Positions 32,500 through 46,566 of a stretch of 64,000 bases of DNA are shown piece after piece. The stretch spans positions 5,534 to 69,533 of the forward strand of contig CBFFRP010000620.1 of assembly GCA_965644295.1 (NCBI GenBank), read 5' to 3'. How positions within the stretch are numbered: position 1 is the first letter of the stretch; every line of letters starts with the position of its first letter. A program made the position numbers and the translations under genes. The notes beneath the pieces are model-generated. The model saw only the letters and a list, made by a program, of their open reading frames with translations, did no database searches and was not told the DNA's origin. Source of the stretch: Paraphysomonas bandaiensis. Taxonomy: Eukaryota > Protista > Chrysophyceae.

Positions 32500-34550
32500 A
32501 TGAACACACTCATACACATCACACTCCTATCCACAGTAACCCTCACTAATGCCTTCTATCTTCCTGGTGTCGCCCCACATGACTTCTATGCAGGTGAACC
32601 AGTCGAATTAAAGGTAAACAAACTCAGGTACCTCAACTCACATACATACACATCATGTAACCTCCCTATAGCTCCATACGGACACAGCTGCCATATGACT
32701 ACTACTCTCTGAAGTACTGTAAGCCTCCTGAAGGCATTCATTCAGAGTCTGAGAATCTCGGCGAGTTCTTAAGGGGGGATCGTATAGAGAACTCTCCTTA
32801 TAAGGTACCCATCTAATCAGTCATATCACTGTTCTTGATTCCTTGTTTTACAGGTTGAGATGTTAGAAGATGAGTTCTGTAAAGTAGTGTGCCAAGTATC
32901 GCTATCGAATTCTGATGCCAGTGCGTTTAAAAAGACTATCAAGAATGAGTATCACAATAATTGGATTGTGGATAATCTCCCTGCTGCCTCTATTCTTGAT
33001 TCGGGTCATTTTATTACGACTCAGTATGTGGGATTCCCAGTTGGATATAAAGAGGCGAACTCCTTCTACCTCTATAATCACGTCAACATTGTCCTAGAGT
33101 ACTCATCTGTTGGGGAAGATGCACACCGCATTGTAGGTTTCTACGTGGAGCCAATCTCTATTAAACACCGATTTGTTGGTGGGAAACTCTGGGATGGTCG
33201 TGGTGAGCCACCACCTCGTGCAGCTTGCAGGGATGGCGAACATCTGGCCTTCGACAGCAACAGAGATGCTCAGAGGGTTGAATCTGGGGCACTCCTATAT
33301 ACGTATGATGTGGAGTGGCGTGAGAGTTCTGTACAATGGGCAAGTCGCTGGGACGTGTATCTCTCTCAGAATAACGCTGTGTCAGACCGTGTTCACTGGT
33401 TCAGTATTGTGAACTCTGTGCTCATTGTCATGTTTTTAGCATTCATGGTTGCAATGATACTAGTTCGAACTCTCAATCGAGATATCAGCAAATACAACCG
33501 AGTCATGACGGATGAAGAGAAAGCGGACCAAGCGGAAGAGACTGGCTGGAAGTTGGTACACGCAGATGTGTTCCGACCGCCTGTCCAGTATCCCATGCTC
33601 TTTTGTATATTTGCCGGGACTGGGATGCAGCTATTTATGTGCGCCATGTTTTTGATCATCTTTGCTGCGGTGGGATTCTTATCACCTGCAAACCGGGGGT
33701 CTCTTATGATTGGACTACTTCTAATTTTTGTACTTCTGGGATCTTTGTCTGGATACACATCAGCGAGGCTGTATAAAACATTCAAGGGCAAGCAGTGGCA
33801 ACGTTGTACCTTATTGACTGCCACCCTCTTTCCTGGTATTTGCTTCACTGTATTCTTCATTTTGAATGCTGTTGTTTGGTCGTACGGGTCGACTGGAGCA
33901 ATTCCTGTTCTCTCGATGTTAGCAATTCTGACCCTTTGGTTTGGTATCTCTGTACCCCTCGTTTTCATTGGAGCCTACTTCGGATATAAAAAGGACGCAC
34001 TTACTTTCCCTGTTGTGACATCTAACATTCCCCGCCAGATACCCACTCAGCCGTGGTTCCTTGAGATCACGCTCACCACTCTGTTAGGGGGTATATTGCC
34101 GTTTGGTGCGTGCTTTGTTGAGATGTTTTTCATTATGTCTTCTGTCTGGATGGATCAGTACTACTACGTCTTTGGGTTCCTGCTTTTATCCTTTATCATC
34201 CTCACTATCACTTGCGCTGAGGTCACCATTGTTCTCTGCTACTTTCAATTGTGCGCTGAAGATTATCGCTGGTGGTGGCGATCTATGATGACGTCGGGAT
34301 CCACCGCCCTGTACGTGTTTCTGTATGCCTGCTTCTACTTCTACAGACTGGAGAGCAACATGACCGTCACGTACTTTCTGTACTTCGGTTACATGGGTAT
34401 CATCTCCCTGGGCATATTCTTGATTACAGGTTAGTGATCATGATGACATAATAGTGCTTGATCATAGTATGTGTATTATCAGGTGCTATTGGCTTTTTCT
34501 CAGCACTATATTTCACTCACAGCATCTACGGGTCTATCAAGGTGGACTGA
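32500..34550 (+). CDS. TM9SF: transmembrane 9 superfamily protein (nonaspanin/EMP70, TM9SF2/4-like)
   Basis: Signal peptide then FYLPGVAP; HWFSIVNS; [15 protein letters not shown]; C-terminal SIKVD. Introns 32628-32671, 32805-32853, 34430-34482. Confidence 0.97.
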
Positions 34551-35184
34551 GTACATCTTTTTCACAGCAATAAGTCAGGCCATAGATATCGTAGCGTGTT
34601 GTCTGAAGTAAAACAGAATTTAGCGAACTAGAATATAGATTAGACTGTAGGTTGTCAACTATATTGTACCAAAACCGTATTGAAATATAATGTAATCACC
34701 TTTGTGCCAGTTTGATATATATGGTGTGGTTTATATAATATAGTTTCTCCATCATACAAGATACTCCCTAGCAATCAGACTTGAGCAACAATAGATTGAA
34801 TCGCAAATTAAATTAATTGACTTTAAATGATTAATGTTTCCATTTACCAATTAATATAAGTAATTGCGTGGCTTAAGTATATAGATAGTTGATAGCATCT
34901 TAAGATGTTTAGTTACTGATGGTGTCATTTTTAAACTTACTAAATGTTGCAGATGCTCCTACGTTCCTACTATTTTTAACTTAGTATGTCTGAAAAATTA
35001 GTATAGGCTCAGTTGCCATTTTTAATAGAGACGTCTGCAACAATTAGAAATGGCACTGTATAGTTTAGCAGGAACGTCGGATGAATTTTGTAGGGGTAAT
35101 ATATTTTTGAGCACTGATCATAGAGTACAAACACATTATCTATTACCGTAGAAGACCTAGATGTATGTTCTCTGTTAATTGTAA

Positions 35185-35250
35185 CTGTGTGATAGTATTA
35201 GGGTCAGTAAACACTTTATTTTAGCACGTAAAAGTAATATTATATTCAAG
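35185..35250. repeat. old dispersed repeat family D (inverted copy)
   Basis: Reverse complement aligns with ~1962-2020. Confidence 0.5.
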
Positions 35251-36381
35251 GTTGTTGGAAAAACTGACCACCTTCACACATGCAATTAGTTCCAATCGAA
35301 GTGGATCATGTCAGGGTAGGGGTGTTTTGTTAGGGAAAGGGTTAACGCCATCGTCTGTAAACTTTTTCTATCAGCTGAAGAAGAAAGTTTCAAGAAATCA
35401 GTAGTCAAGATTCAACTTGGTATGGGAACTAAACCGCGCTGAAAGGGCACATGTGTGATACTTTTTGATAAATATCGTACCTCCAGACGAGAAGGTAAAG
35501 CATATGATGAGGAAAACGAGGCCATTGGTTTAGTTAAATACAGCTGTTTACTGAAAAACACGCACTAAAGTACCACCACGATATCATTGCATGAAGCACT
35601 TTTATATCATTACCAATGTTTGGATCTTAGCAGACATAATATTGTTAGGAAGCATATGGTAATTAGAAATTTGAGGTTTCGGCGTGCGTATCAGCGTCTT
35701 TGGGATGATACTGTAATTCAGAGAGCAATATCATTCAAGGAAATGAATAACGCATTAATTGTTACACAAATCTTTCAGGAATTAATAAATGAAAACATAA
35801 AATAACTGTATCAACATCATGCCGCTACGGAGCCAGTTAACCTATGCTATAGTGATTCTATAAATATAGAACATAGAGTAGTATATACATAGTTATCTCA
35901 CATCTATATAATTATATGTTGTAGAACATTTAAAGCATTTGAAGACTGAACACTAGTAATTTCTTGTTATAAAGTTAGCGAATGACAATTTAATGTTGTG
36001 TCACTGAGATGGAAAGGAACATGATATACATTAAAAATAGAAGTCATGGTGACTATATCACAGCTACTATGTGGTCTTAGTTATTAGCTATTAGGACAGA
36101 GATTCAAAAACACTTGTAAACATAGAGTTGTTATACTCACTACCACTTTGCTGTTGACTTTGAGCATGAATGTCATCGTAGAAGTAAACGTTGTTGACCG
36201 TTTCATCAGAAGTTATGCTAAATAAATAATATATCTCGTGAATAAAAAAACGTTATTCATTAATGGCAACCTTTCCGCTACTTACATAGTAGTATAAATT
36301 TATGTCGAATATTGCTTCTCACTACAATAGCTACAACCACTTCAATATGCTACGGTTGTTGCTACAGTCCACTCTCCCATC

Positions 36382-37113
36382 CTAAGGTTTAGATTGTACA
36401 TCCTCTTCACTGGCAGAAAACGATTCTCCAGCTCTCTTTGCCTCTTGAGCCACAACGTCAGTGGCTGCCTTCACAGCGTCAGAAATTCCGTACTTCTGAT
36501 CAATCTCGTGAGCAAGTACCCCGGCTCTCTCGGCAGTACTCTTCACTGTATCAGAAACCTTATAGGTCTCGTCAATCTCATGAGCTTTTGCAGCAATCGA
36601 ATCCGCAGTACTCTTCACAGTCTCAGATACTTTATACGTTTCATCAATCTCTTTGGCTTTGCTCATGGCCATATTCGTAGCTGAGGTGACCCTCTCAGAC
36701 ACATGATACTTTGCATCAAGTTCTTTCAACCGATCCGTTATTCTGTACGTTTCATCTAAACGATGTGCATGCTCTCTAATCTTCTGTTCAAATGAACCAA
36801 ACACAGTTGCTTTTGAAGTTGAAGGTGAGTGTTGCTTCTGTTCGATGGTCGTTGCTTGAACCACACTATCAAACTCTCCTTCAACAGCAGCACCAATCAA
36901 ATACATCTCATCAACTTCAACTCCTTCTTCTTTTCCTAAGAATTCTCTTGATGGTATGAATATTTCATTCTCTTTAATGATAGCAATCAGAGTCTCTCCT
37001 GATGATGCATGAGGAGGGAGGGTTACACGGAATACTCGCTTATCATCGAGCTCCACGTAACACTCTTGATCCAGATGAAGAGGAACTGTAAAGGAAACTA
37101 ACTTCTGAGTCAT
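36382..37113 (-). CDS. hypothetical protein with amphipathic (K/H)E(I/L)DExYxVS(E/D) repeats
   Basis: Clean 243-aa ORF; five repeats such as KAKEIDETYKVSE; N-terminal VTLPPHASSGE-type beta module. Confidence 0.75.
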   Translation of the reverse strand: MTQKLVSFTVPLHLDQECYVELDDKRVFRVTLPPHASSGETLIAIIKENEIFIPSREFLGKEEGVEVDEMYLIGAAVEGEFDSVVQATTIEQKQHSPSTSKATVFGSFEQKIREHAHRLDETYRITDRLKELDAKYHVSERVTSATNMAMSKAKEIDETYKVSETVKSTADSIAAKAHEIDETYKVSDTVKSTAERAGVLAHEIDQKYGISDAVKAATDVVAQEAKRAGESFSASEEDVQSKP

Positions 37114-37770
37114 TGGTCTTATATGATTGTATGCTTTCGTCTCTATGAGTTATGAATGTATGTGTATGTGTGTGTAGATATGTATGTGTATGTGTAGTGG
37201 AGTGTGTGTGCGTATACTGATAGAGTGTTCCGTAGAGAATGTATGGAATGTGCTGCACTGTCCGTCCATAGTCAGTCTACAGTATTCTTCATATTGAAGA
37301 GAATGATGAAGTAAGTTGAGTCTCTGCGTCAGGTTCAAACAGAATATTCCATAGATAGAAATTAAGATCTCAACGATATACGATGAACTACAGTGGTAAT
37401 ACAGAAGGAAGACTACGAGTGGTATACGGCGGAATTCTTTGAATTCTTTTTGTACAGCTGGAGCAGCAGTACATGTATATACTGGGTATACCTCCTATAC
37501 ACAGCATATATACAATATACCCTACACTGGTCCCTATATGTACTTGTGTACTGCTGCTACTGTATATGTGTTTATATGGAAGCTGGTGTGGTGCTACGCG
37601 TATTGGTATTAATACGCTCATACACTAACACTGTCTCTCATATTTGAAGGTGGGCTTCATACAAATATATCCAAACACTCCCACAGGAACTACATCCACC
37701 TACAGTTTACACACTGATACCTCATAGATATCGATATATATATAGCAGTGTTTAAGCCCGCTATCTTACG

Positions 37771-38657
37771 ATGCTGTTGCTGGGATTAAGTAAGCATAGG
37801 AGCGTTAGTTTATCTGTGTCATGTTTTGTTATTCAGGTATACTTAGATTTAATCAAGACACCTCAGAGCCTGTTATGCTGGTACAGGGATGTGAGCTGTC
37901 TTCTTTTGGTTTCTTTCAGCGGGGAAGGTACTGTTTATCTCATGGCGTCATGGCCTCTCTAACCACTCGTGACTTCATATTTAGCGTTCGCGAGATGATT
38001 ACTTTTTTTGCGAAGACTATCACGAAGCGAACCCCTCCTGGACAACGACAGTCGGTGCAAAACGAAGGTGGGATATTGTATGCAGTTTATTTACAATAAC
38101 AGGGTGTTTGGCGGCTGCCCTATCGTTATTTTATACACGCTAATGACATTGCTGGACTGATCTTTGAATAGTTTCATAATGTGGATAGCCACAGATTATA
38201 TATTATTAAAGTTATTGATTGACCTTTCTCATCTTGTATTATGACTGCAGAGTACATGGTGCATGTATATATGCGCACGGATGGCCTCTGCGCTTGCGCC
38301 ACTGTTGACAAGGAGTACCCAGCCCGTGTCGCTTACTCCCTCTTGTCGAAAATTTTGGAGGACTTTGATTCAGCCTTTCCTAATTGGCGAAGGGAGTCCC
38401 GTAATGAGGCCTTGTTGTGGCCTGCTTTAGATGAGGCTGTTGTCAAGTACCAAGACCCTTCCCAAGCCGATCAGATAATGAGAATCCAGCGTAATCTGGA
38501 TGAAACAAAAGACATCTTGCACAACACTATTGACACAGTATTGGAGAGGGGTGAGAAGCTTGAAGATCTTGTGGAGCGCTCAGGAGAACTAAGTGCACAG
38601 TCTAAGTTATTTTATAAGCAGGCGAAACGAACGAATTCATGTTGTGCGGTTGTGTGA
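37771..38657 (+). CDS. YKT6: R-SNARE Ykt6
   Basis: Spliced longin domain (LSSFGFFQRGSVREMITF...PPGQRQSV...YPARVAYSLL), SNARE motif VLERGEKLEDLV, C-terminal CCAVV prenylation motif; three GT-AG introns. Confidence 0.97.
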
Positions 38658-39515
38658 AAGCCATAGTTAATAGCTATTTTGAATGCAAGCAATATCAGTT
38701 TTGTTGTCCTTTCAGCCTGCTTAAGTAAATGTCTATTTCCTCTTATTTTTACTGGCTTTGTTGAAGGCGTATGATATTGAATACTATCTACATTAATCCT
38801 GTATTCGTGAAGTGGCTATTGTTGAATCTCAATTTTGTCACTGAAATAAAAATACTCTGAAATACGTTATACTTTACTACTCGTATGATAGTAATGTGGC
38901 TACGATTCTATGCTCAAATCAATACTATTCACATAAATTTGAATTTCAGAGTACTGCAAATAATATTTCTATAGTGGTAACAACTAGTCCTCAGACGAAT
39001 TTTTAACAAGCATATAGTGGGAGGGTTATGCCGTTATGACAGCTTCAACTGAAGTAGAAGGGGATATTTATATTAAAACCGGCTAACTTCTTTTCGTACT
39101 ACTATCTCCTGGTTTAGTAGCTAATATAATCTAGTACTTTCAGTTTCTCAGTACGAAATATATTTCAATGACTCTAGAGTACTGATTTGAGGATTAGGAA
39201 GTGGTCTAAACCTCTATACTGTCCCTAATAATTATATTTGTCCATATCTTGAAATATATGCCCCCCATTCTTGTCACGTTAGTATGGATTTCGCTTATTA
39301 TCATCTTGTGTGTGTTTATAGAAACCATAAAAATAATAGTTCCATGGAACATTGAATTATCGAACCAACCACTACAGGTGATTTCTATTATAAACAGTAT
39401 TCGTCAGTATTACCCCTGATATACGTGTAACAATCCATATATCTTTGCTATCATAAACACAAATCTCTTGTCCGAGTGTTGTAATACATCACCAGTAGCA
39501 CGCATTGGCCATATG

Positions 39516-39753
39516 TGCCCCATTCTGAACGCGTACTTAGGTAGAGCCGGGTGGGGGCCGGGTGGGTACCTAACTAATACTTGATTTAAGTCCCATACGT
39601 TATTTGCTAGCGCTGAGTATACAGTGAGACCCCGAGTGGGGATCCGCTGAACTTAGCAATGTGTACATAGATAGAAGTGCGCGGTCGCAACGCTCAGCAG
39701 CACCCACTGGGGGGGCCGCACGCAGTGATTAGTTACGCTGTCAGTATGGGGAA
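39516..39753. mobile_element. MITE family B copy (inverted, internally deleted) with a 5-bp TSD
   Basis: ATATG|TGCCCCATTCTGA ... TCAGTATGGGGAA|ATATG. Confidence 0.85.
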
Positions 39754-39819
39754 ATATGAGGGTTTCGTTCAGTTCATTTGAGCTCTAATATATACCCTCC
39801 GGCTATGCGTGCATATAGT

Positions 39820-39932
39820 GAGAGGGGGTAGATAGAGGGGTAGAGCAGGTGAAGAGAGGGGTAGATAGAGGAGTAGAGCAGGTGAGGAGAGGGGGTAGAT
39901 AGAGGGGTAAAGCAGGTGAGGAGAGGGGAGAG
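39820..39932 (+). repeat. purine-rich minisatellite, three units of ~34 bp
   Basis: GAGGGGGTAGATAGAGGGGTAGAGCAGGTGA(A/G)GA repeated. Confidence 0.8.
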
Positions 39933-40632
39933 AGCGCACAGCACACGTGTGCTTTACTCTTCTATTAGAGTCACATACGCTTACGATACATAACAAATTT
40001 CACTCCCAAGTATAGTGAATTATCCTTAATGAACACTTTCATCAACCCGCTGCGCATAATCACAGTCATTGGCATTATATCCCTGCATCTGAAATGCAGA
40101 GCACTTACATGCATGCAGCATATGAAGATCTGAGAGAGCGATGCAGTAGCAGATACGGCTGTATCTTGAGCAGAATACAGCGCAAGTACAAATAAAAGCC
40201 GGAAAATCCACAAATTCTTCTATAAATCCGGGTTTTTCACATGATCGACAGATATTCAGCTATGGTGTTTTCATGCCAAGATATGGCTGACTCGACACCT
40301 CACTGACTCCACTATTCAAGTGTATGAGAAGGAATAAACGTTTAGCCCCTATGGCCCAATGCATGCATATGCATATATAGAGTCTCAATGCATGCATGTG
40401 TAGAGTGCTGTCTGAAGGATTGCTCACTTCACCAACAAAAAAATATCACTTCACCTCACTTCATATCATCGTATCGTACACTTCACTTCACCTCACTTCA
40501 TATCACAGTATCGTATAGAGTTGTCGTATAGTGGTATCGTACAGTGTATCTGCAGTATCCTGCGTCCGTATCGTATCAATATCCTCTACACTTATACACA
40601 TACACATACACAGCCCCCCCTCCCTCCCCCTC

Positions 40633-41550
40633 ATGGACACTGTGGAGATCCTCATGCTAATCTTCTCTTCCATCTCCATCATCTCATGTCTGACTCTCCT
40701 TCTCACCTATGCCGCTGCTCGTGATGTCTCCTCCTTTCATCATCTCATAGCCCTCACATGCACCTCTGATCTCCTCTCCTCTATAGGCATGGCACTGGGA
40801 CGCCCCTCAAGAGACACAGTCGCTTGTTGGGTGCAGGGTCTCCTCACCAACATATGCCCAGTGGCCGGAGTGTTCAGCACGACCCTTATAGCGTATATGA
40901 TGTATGTAAACATATTCAAACGGACCGCTGCGGGTGATATGTACCCTCAGCATGTGTATTACTGCTGCTGGATAGTTCCACTGGTGTTAACTCTCTTGCC
41001 ACTCTCGACCAACACGTATGGTCCAACAGGGAAGGATAATAGCGCATGGTGCTTTATAGTCGAGCGGTCAGACTCACCTCATTGGACCGTTACTTTCTGG
41101 GTCATTGTTTCGTTTTATTTTTGGATGTGGGCCTCTATGGTGATATATATAGTATTGTTTATTTGTATTGTTATTGAAGTCAAGCGAATATACTCAGTTC
41201 ACGCTGAACTGCGCTCCTCTTTAACAAGTGATTCTCATAGTCGTGTGGTGCAGAGCTTACAAAAATTTGCCTGGTATCCTATCAATATATTACTTTGTTG
41301 GTCATTACCGACAATCTTCGACATACTGTTGGGGCTGGGCGTTCGGAATTACGAGGGCTACGTCACAATGGATGCACTATCTGATATATCTCCCACGCTG
41401 CTTGGCTTTATGAATGTCATAGCATTCATGCGGACTAATAAGAAAATTAAAGAAGAGCTCTACTCGTGGATACCCGACACCAGCACTGTCAAGAAAGCTA
41501 TATGCTGTGAGTCTGGAGTGAACTACGAGGTCGACAATGTAGCTATTTAA
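40633..41550 (+). CDS. 7-TM GPCR-like protein (cAMP receptor-like / GCR1 class)
   Basis: Seven hydrophobic segments; SDLLSSIG, ACWVQGLL, AWCFI, WYPINILLCW, GFMNVIAF. Likely ATG at 40633 (MDTVEIL). Confidence 0.85.
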   Translation: MDTVEILMLIFSSISIISCLTLLLTYAAARDVSSFHHLIALTCTSDLLSSIGMALGRPSRDTVACWVQGLLTNICPVAGVFSTTLIAYMMYVNIFKRTAAGDMYPQHVYYCCWIVPLVLTLLPLSTNTYGPTGKDNSAWCFIVERSDSPHWTVTFWVIVSFYFWMWASMVIYIVLFICIVIEVKRIYSVHAELRSSLTSDSHSRVVQSLQKFAWYPINILLCWSLPTIFDILLGLGVRNYEGYVTMDALSDISPTLLGFMNVIAFMRTNKKIKEELYSWIPDTSTVKKAICCESGVNYEVDNVAI

Positions 41551-42262
41551 AATTATTTTGCTTTGCTAGCTGTAAAGTTATGCTATTGGTACAATATACA
41601 ATAGTATGTGAGTTTTGCTCGTTTGAGTTTTGGCCTGATTATAATTTCAACAATCATCACGCGAAATATTTGTCTATTTACTAAGTAATAATCTTTTTAT
41701 AGTATGACTTTTGGAGAAAGATTAGATACGTGTGACTTTGGCATTTCAGTGATACCCTGCTACTATATAGTGTTGACTGTTGACTGTGTGTGTTTCTTCA
41801 TGGAAAAGTTCTAACTGACAACTGGAAATAATATCCTTCAAACTTTCAAACGATACAAGGGTTTTCATCGCTGACTCAACAGAATCTGAAGCGACAATTA
41901 ATGGAAAGTGGAAGGAGAAAATATGTCATTTTCTTTCGTTGCTGTGTGTATTGGATATATATAGCTACGTTTTTAAACAAACAGCTCAATATAAAACAGA
42001 GCCACGTTACATAAATACTTGAATCTTTAAATACGTCATTTTATACGTGTGAACAACATCTAGTTTGATGCACAAGGGGATAATATAAAAGATCATATCA
42101 GGAAGAAACATCACATAATCGCTATATAAACACTATTCCCTCTATCTCTCCAAAATAATACCCCACTCAACATCAATAGAAAGGAATAGATATCTAATTC
42201 CAAAGTGTAGACAAATATGTCCATGAAATACCAACCCCAGTAACTCTACACTTGTCCATTGC

Positions 42263-45200
42263 TCAGCTGTTATTGACTACAACGGTTTCATCCGTGGATA
42301 TGCTTAATGAGGCAACAATAGGCGGGGGGTTGTTGTTGTGTTCGTCCAAAACCTTTTCCTGAGTGTTGTCCATGTGGTCGTGTGCGTTATGTGTATTCGT
42401 CTGTGAATTATGGGTGGGTGACCTAGTTGCCTGTTCAGCATTTACTTCATGGCCAATTCCCACGTCCTGTTCAAAATCAGCGATATTTACAGTGGCATCA
42501 GTGCTCTTGCGTAGCTCCATGCTGTGTAGCGGGGACACCTCTACCGTGGAGTTTTTATCGCTCATTCCCTCCTTCGGGGTTACATTTTCCTGTGCATGTG
42601 CCTCCCCGTCTATTTGCTCCAGAGTAGGGGTTATGGAAGCTTCAACTTTCAGATTGTATGTTGAATCCATTGAACGTTTACTTTCCACAACTTGAGGCAC
42701 TTCATAGTCGGACGGTATACCCTCCGTATGACTGTCGACTGTGCCCTTGGGCTCAAGATGATCTGTCGATACATTCCGCGAGATATTTCCTTGGGTCTTG
42801 ACACTGATCGTTATTTCACTCACAGACTTTTCACTGGGTGGCATATCGGAGGTCAATTGTTGTACAGTTTCCGAAACTGCTAAATTTATTATGTTCGACG
42901 TTATTACGCCCATTCCTTCCACACACATACCAGCTGGAGCTCCACCTCCTCCATCTACAAGGTTTTCTCTGCTGCGCCGACTTGATTTGCTTCCTCTACT
43001 AGACTCAGAGCTGGCGGTTCGGTTCTCCGCCGATTTTTTCCTCACCCGCCTAGCGCTTTTCGCAATACCGTCAGTAGAGGGTGGGCGCTCTGAGGAAGTT
43101 ATTTTGAGCGGTGGTAATGAGCCCGTGCTGTTACAGAGATTGGCTACATCACTTGTGGTTCGCAGAACAGACGCGCCATCATCAGGAGAAGGAGATACTG
43201 AGGTAGAATTTGCCGGACGATGGGCTCGTGTACTTGTCAGAGGAGATATGCCAGTTACGGAATTCGATGCGGGGGCAGATGTCCCGTTAGCTTTCAAACT
43301 AGAGATATTTCCCGTAGAAACAGAGTTGCCATGGCCACTAATACTACTGGTGGATGATTGTCCATTCGAGGTAAGGTTCCCAAACTCTGCAGTGGGCGAG
43401 GCTGTGTTGCCTGAAGAGTCAATAGGAGAACTATGTGTGGAATTCGGTGCTGCAGAGTGATGCTGATGCTTTTTCAGGTAGTTGGAGGCGTGTTCAATGG
43501 CCCCAACGCCATGTTTGTGCAATATTTCCGTGTCGTCCTCCACCACACCTAGAGCGGTGTTCTGGGCGATACCAGCTGGTACCTTATCTCTGGGCGACTG
43601 TCGGTTAGATAGACTCCCCGGCGCCACAACTGTTTCGGCCGTACTCAAATTAGAAGCACAAGAGTGAGATGTAGTAACTCCAAGTGCGGGTAAGCACGGG
43701 GAGCCTTTCATAGCTACACCTGCATCCTTCATGTCAGGCGGTATGGCAATACTCAGAGCTGGGGAAGAGCTAGCGTTTCCACCCGATACCGGCGCAATCG
43801 GGCTCGCGTTCGCTGTTACTGAAGGAGGGGTAGCCTCCGACGGGTGCCCCACGCGGTCGATGTGCTCCTCCCCTTGAGAAGATCTCGGCGGTCTATTCGA
43901 CCCGGGAGCTATTCCGAGTTTGTCCAACTGTATCGTCATCTGGCGTACATGATAACGGCGTAGCCTCTCTTCGAGATACTTCGGCCGGTAGGATGTGGGT
44001 AACATCGCAGCCTGTGGACAGTTACAGTAAAATAATCCATATGGTTCATAATTAGCATCCACTCACTTTGTGGTAAACTACTGGCTGCTGCAGAAACTGA
44101 TTCACCGTCATACGCGAATTAATGTCTTTTTCAAGAAGACCTATAAACTCCAATCATAACACAATACAGCAACTGATGGTACCAGAGCGAAAGAAAATAC
44201 ATCAAATCACATGGATTACTCTGTATCACAATTTTACATAAATACCGTCAATGAGATGAACTACATCATTCGTGTAGTGTTTCTGAGGTATGAGGTGGCG
44301 GCGTGGCGGCTCATGGAGAATGCTTCTAACTAAATCGACTGTGGTTACTCCATCGAAGGGCAGCTGTAGTGTCAGCATTTCGAACAGCACCACACCTACA
44401 TACATATCAGCTAGGTTAACATATATCGCGATAAATAAGTGCACAGTGACTACCTAGTGCCCAGTTGTCGGATGCCAATACGCTGGGACTATTGTTTATC
44501 ATTTCGGGTGATGTGTAGTAGGGAGTACCAACTTCGGCAGTCTCCATGGCGGTAGAATCTGTCACCTCTGTGGCGAGACCAAAGTCAGCCAACTGGGCAA
44601 GCTCCCCTGTTCACACAGCAATATATTGTCATGACAAAGAATAACGACGTTATTTCAAATTTCTTACTACGTGTACCAAACAAGTCACTCAGCAAGCACC
44701 CACTATTTAAACATCATGACTTACCACTGTCAGTGAGTAGAATATTTACTGGTTTAATATCTCGGTGTGCAATGCCGAAGGAGTGAAGGTAGGATAACGC
44801 TAACGCCACCTTTAAGGAGTTGTTAATCCCATGAAACCAACACAGGATTTATTTTACTATACACTACCGATCGAAACATGTTATATATGCACATTTCATT
44901 AGCCTAATTTTCATACCAATTGTGTTCAAACATACAAAATACTGCACATCGCACCTGAGAAATCCACTTCAAGACTTGGTTCTCTTGCAGAAACGTTTTG
45001 TTTCTTTCAGTCATAGTTATCACCTTGCCCAGATCACCGCCCTCACAATAGTGCATGATCAAGAAAACTTTCCTGTCACAACATGGGTAAACAAGAGCTG
45101 TAGTCAAACTTATTATAGTGCATGTTACATACAGAAACACAAGATCTACAGGAGCAAATAAAGACTTTGTATTCTAATATGACTTACAAAAACACGTCCA

Positions 45201-45946
45201 CTTACTTGGGGTGAATCGACATAAACACATCGTGTAGATGCACAATAAATGGGTGTCTATGCGCTCTCAAGTATTTAACTTCGTGAAGAAAAGCTTTCTC
45301 TTCGGACTTATGTTGTAGCAGCAGAGTCTTAGAAGCGTACCTGACAACATGTCATATCACCAATATGTAGGAATGACAAAACTCTAGCCATATTTCAGAT
45401 ACAACGTACATGATACATTTATATAATACACAAATTTCATAACGATAGGTTATATGAAGAAGATCCTGATTCAGGTAATGGTACTCACAATCTATTGTCT
45501 TCTCTATTTTTCACTAGATCTACTGTACCATATGAACCTCTTCCCAGAAATCGCACATCTTCATATAACTCCTGGCTTTTGACAACGGGGGGGGAGGAAT
45601 TGATATCTCCCGTATACGCCCAGTCACTCACTTTTGGGCAGCTAGGAATAGGAGGAACTTTCGCCAATGTATCAGGAGAAGGAGTCTCAGTAGATTTATA
45701 CACATGCCGCATTGACTTCTTGGACTGTAGTTTGGGAACGTTATTCTCATCTGGCGATACATCATCAGTCTCAGTGTCCATCTTAATATCATTCCCTCTC
45801 ATTCCTTTCCTTATCTTCCCCATGTTATGTTTCTCTTTATTCATTTCCTCTTGAAGCTCCCGCTTCTTCTGTTCAAACTCTTCTCGCTCACGAGCAAACG
45901 CTCCGATCTTTCCTCTTAATTTACCCGCCTTTGATGAGGATGCCAT
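42263..45946 (-). CDS. NIMA-related (NEK-like) Ser/Thr kinase with a long disordered C-terminus, multi-exon
   Basis: Exon pieces [51 protein letters not shown], then a ~600-aa S/T/P-rich last exon. Confidence 0.9.
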
Positions 45947-46566
45947 CTCTCTTCTCTTCTTCGATGTGCTGTGTGTTGTGTGTGTTATGAGTGGGAGGGT
46001 CCTCGTATATAACTGATACTGACACAGTGTGTATACAGTACTCTGCAGTAGAGTTAACGGGAGTAGCGAGCTCTCTATTAGCCGGGCATGTCACTCGTAT
46101 CAATCATATCACCACAGATTGTATGTGCCTCTGACTCGGACTCTTGATTGAGTGCTGAGTGTGTAACTTAACCACAGGGCTTCTCTGTGATGGTAATATA
46201 CACACAGAGCAGCTCATATATATATACATGTACAGTACATATACAGGCATCCGTCAACTGCACTCTGCTCCCAGATCTCTCACAGTATAACTGCACTGCA
46301 CCGTACAGCATATCCGGTATACCGTATACAGGTATACACACCACTGCCATGTGCCGTATGCCGCATGCCGTATGCCCTCCTACACTCCTAGCTACACCGT
46401 AAACGTCGTAGTAGTTACATTGGTGGTTATAGGTACACTTCGTACGTAGTTCACTGTACGCCACAGTGGTATACAGGGATGTATTGTTGTGTATACCACC
46501 GTGTGATATGGGTTCCTACAGCAGTGCTCTCTATACAGCTGTGTATATGCATGATATGGACAGCTA

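Noticed and set aside
33393-43460. Long antisense ORFs (33393-33968, 42798-43460) as overlapping genes
   Set aside because: They are shadows of the TM9SF and NEK coding strands with no independent features.
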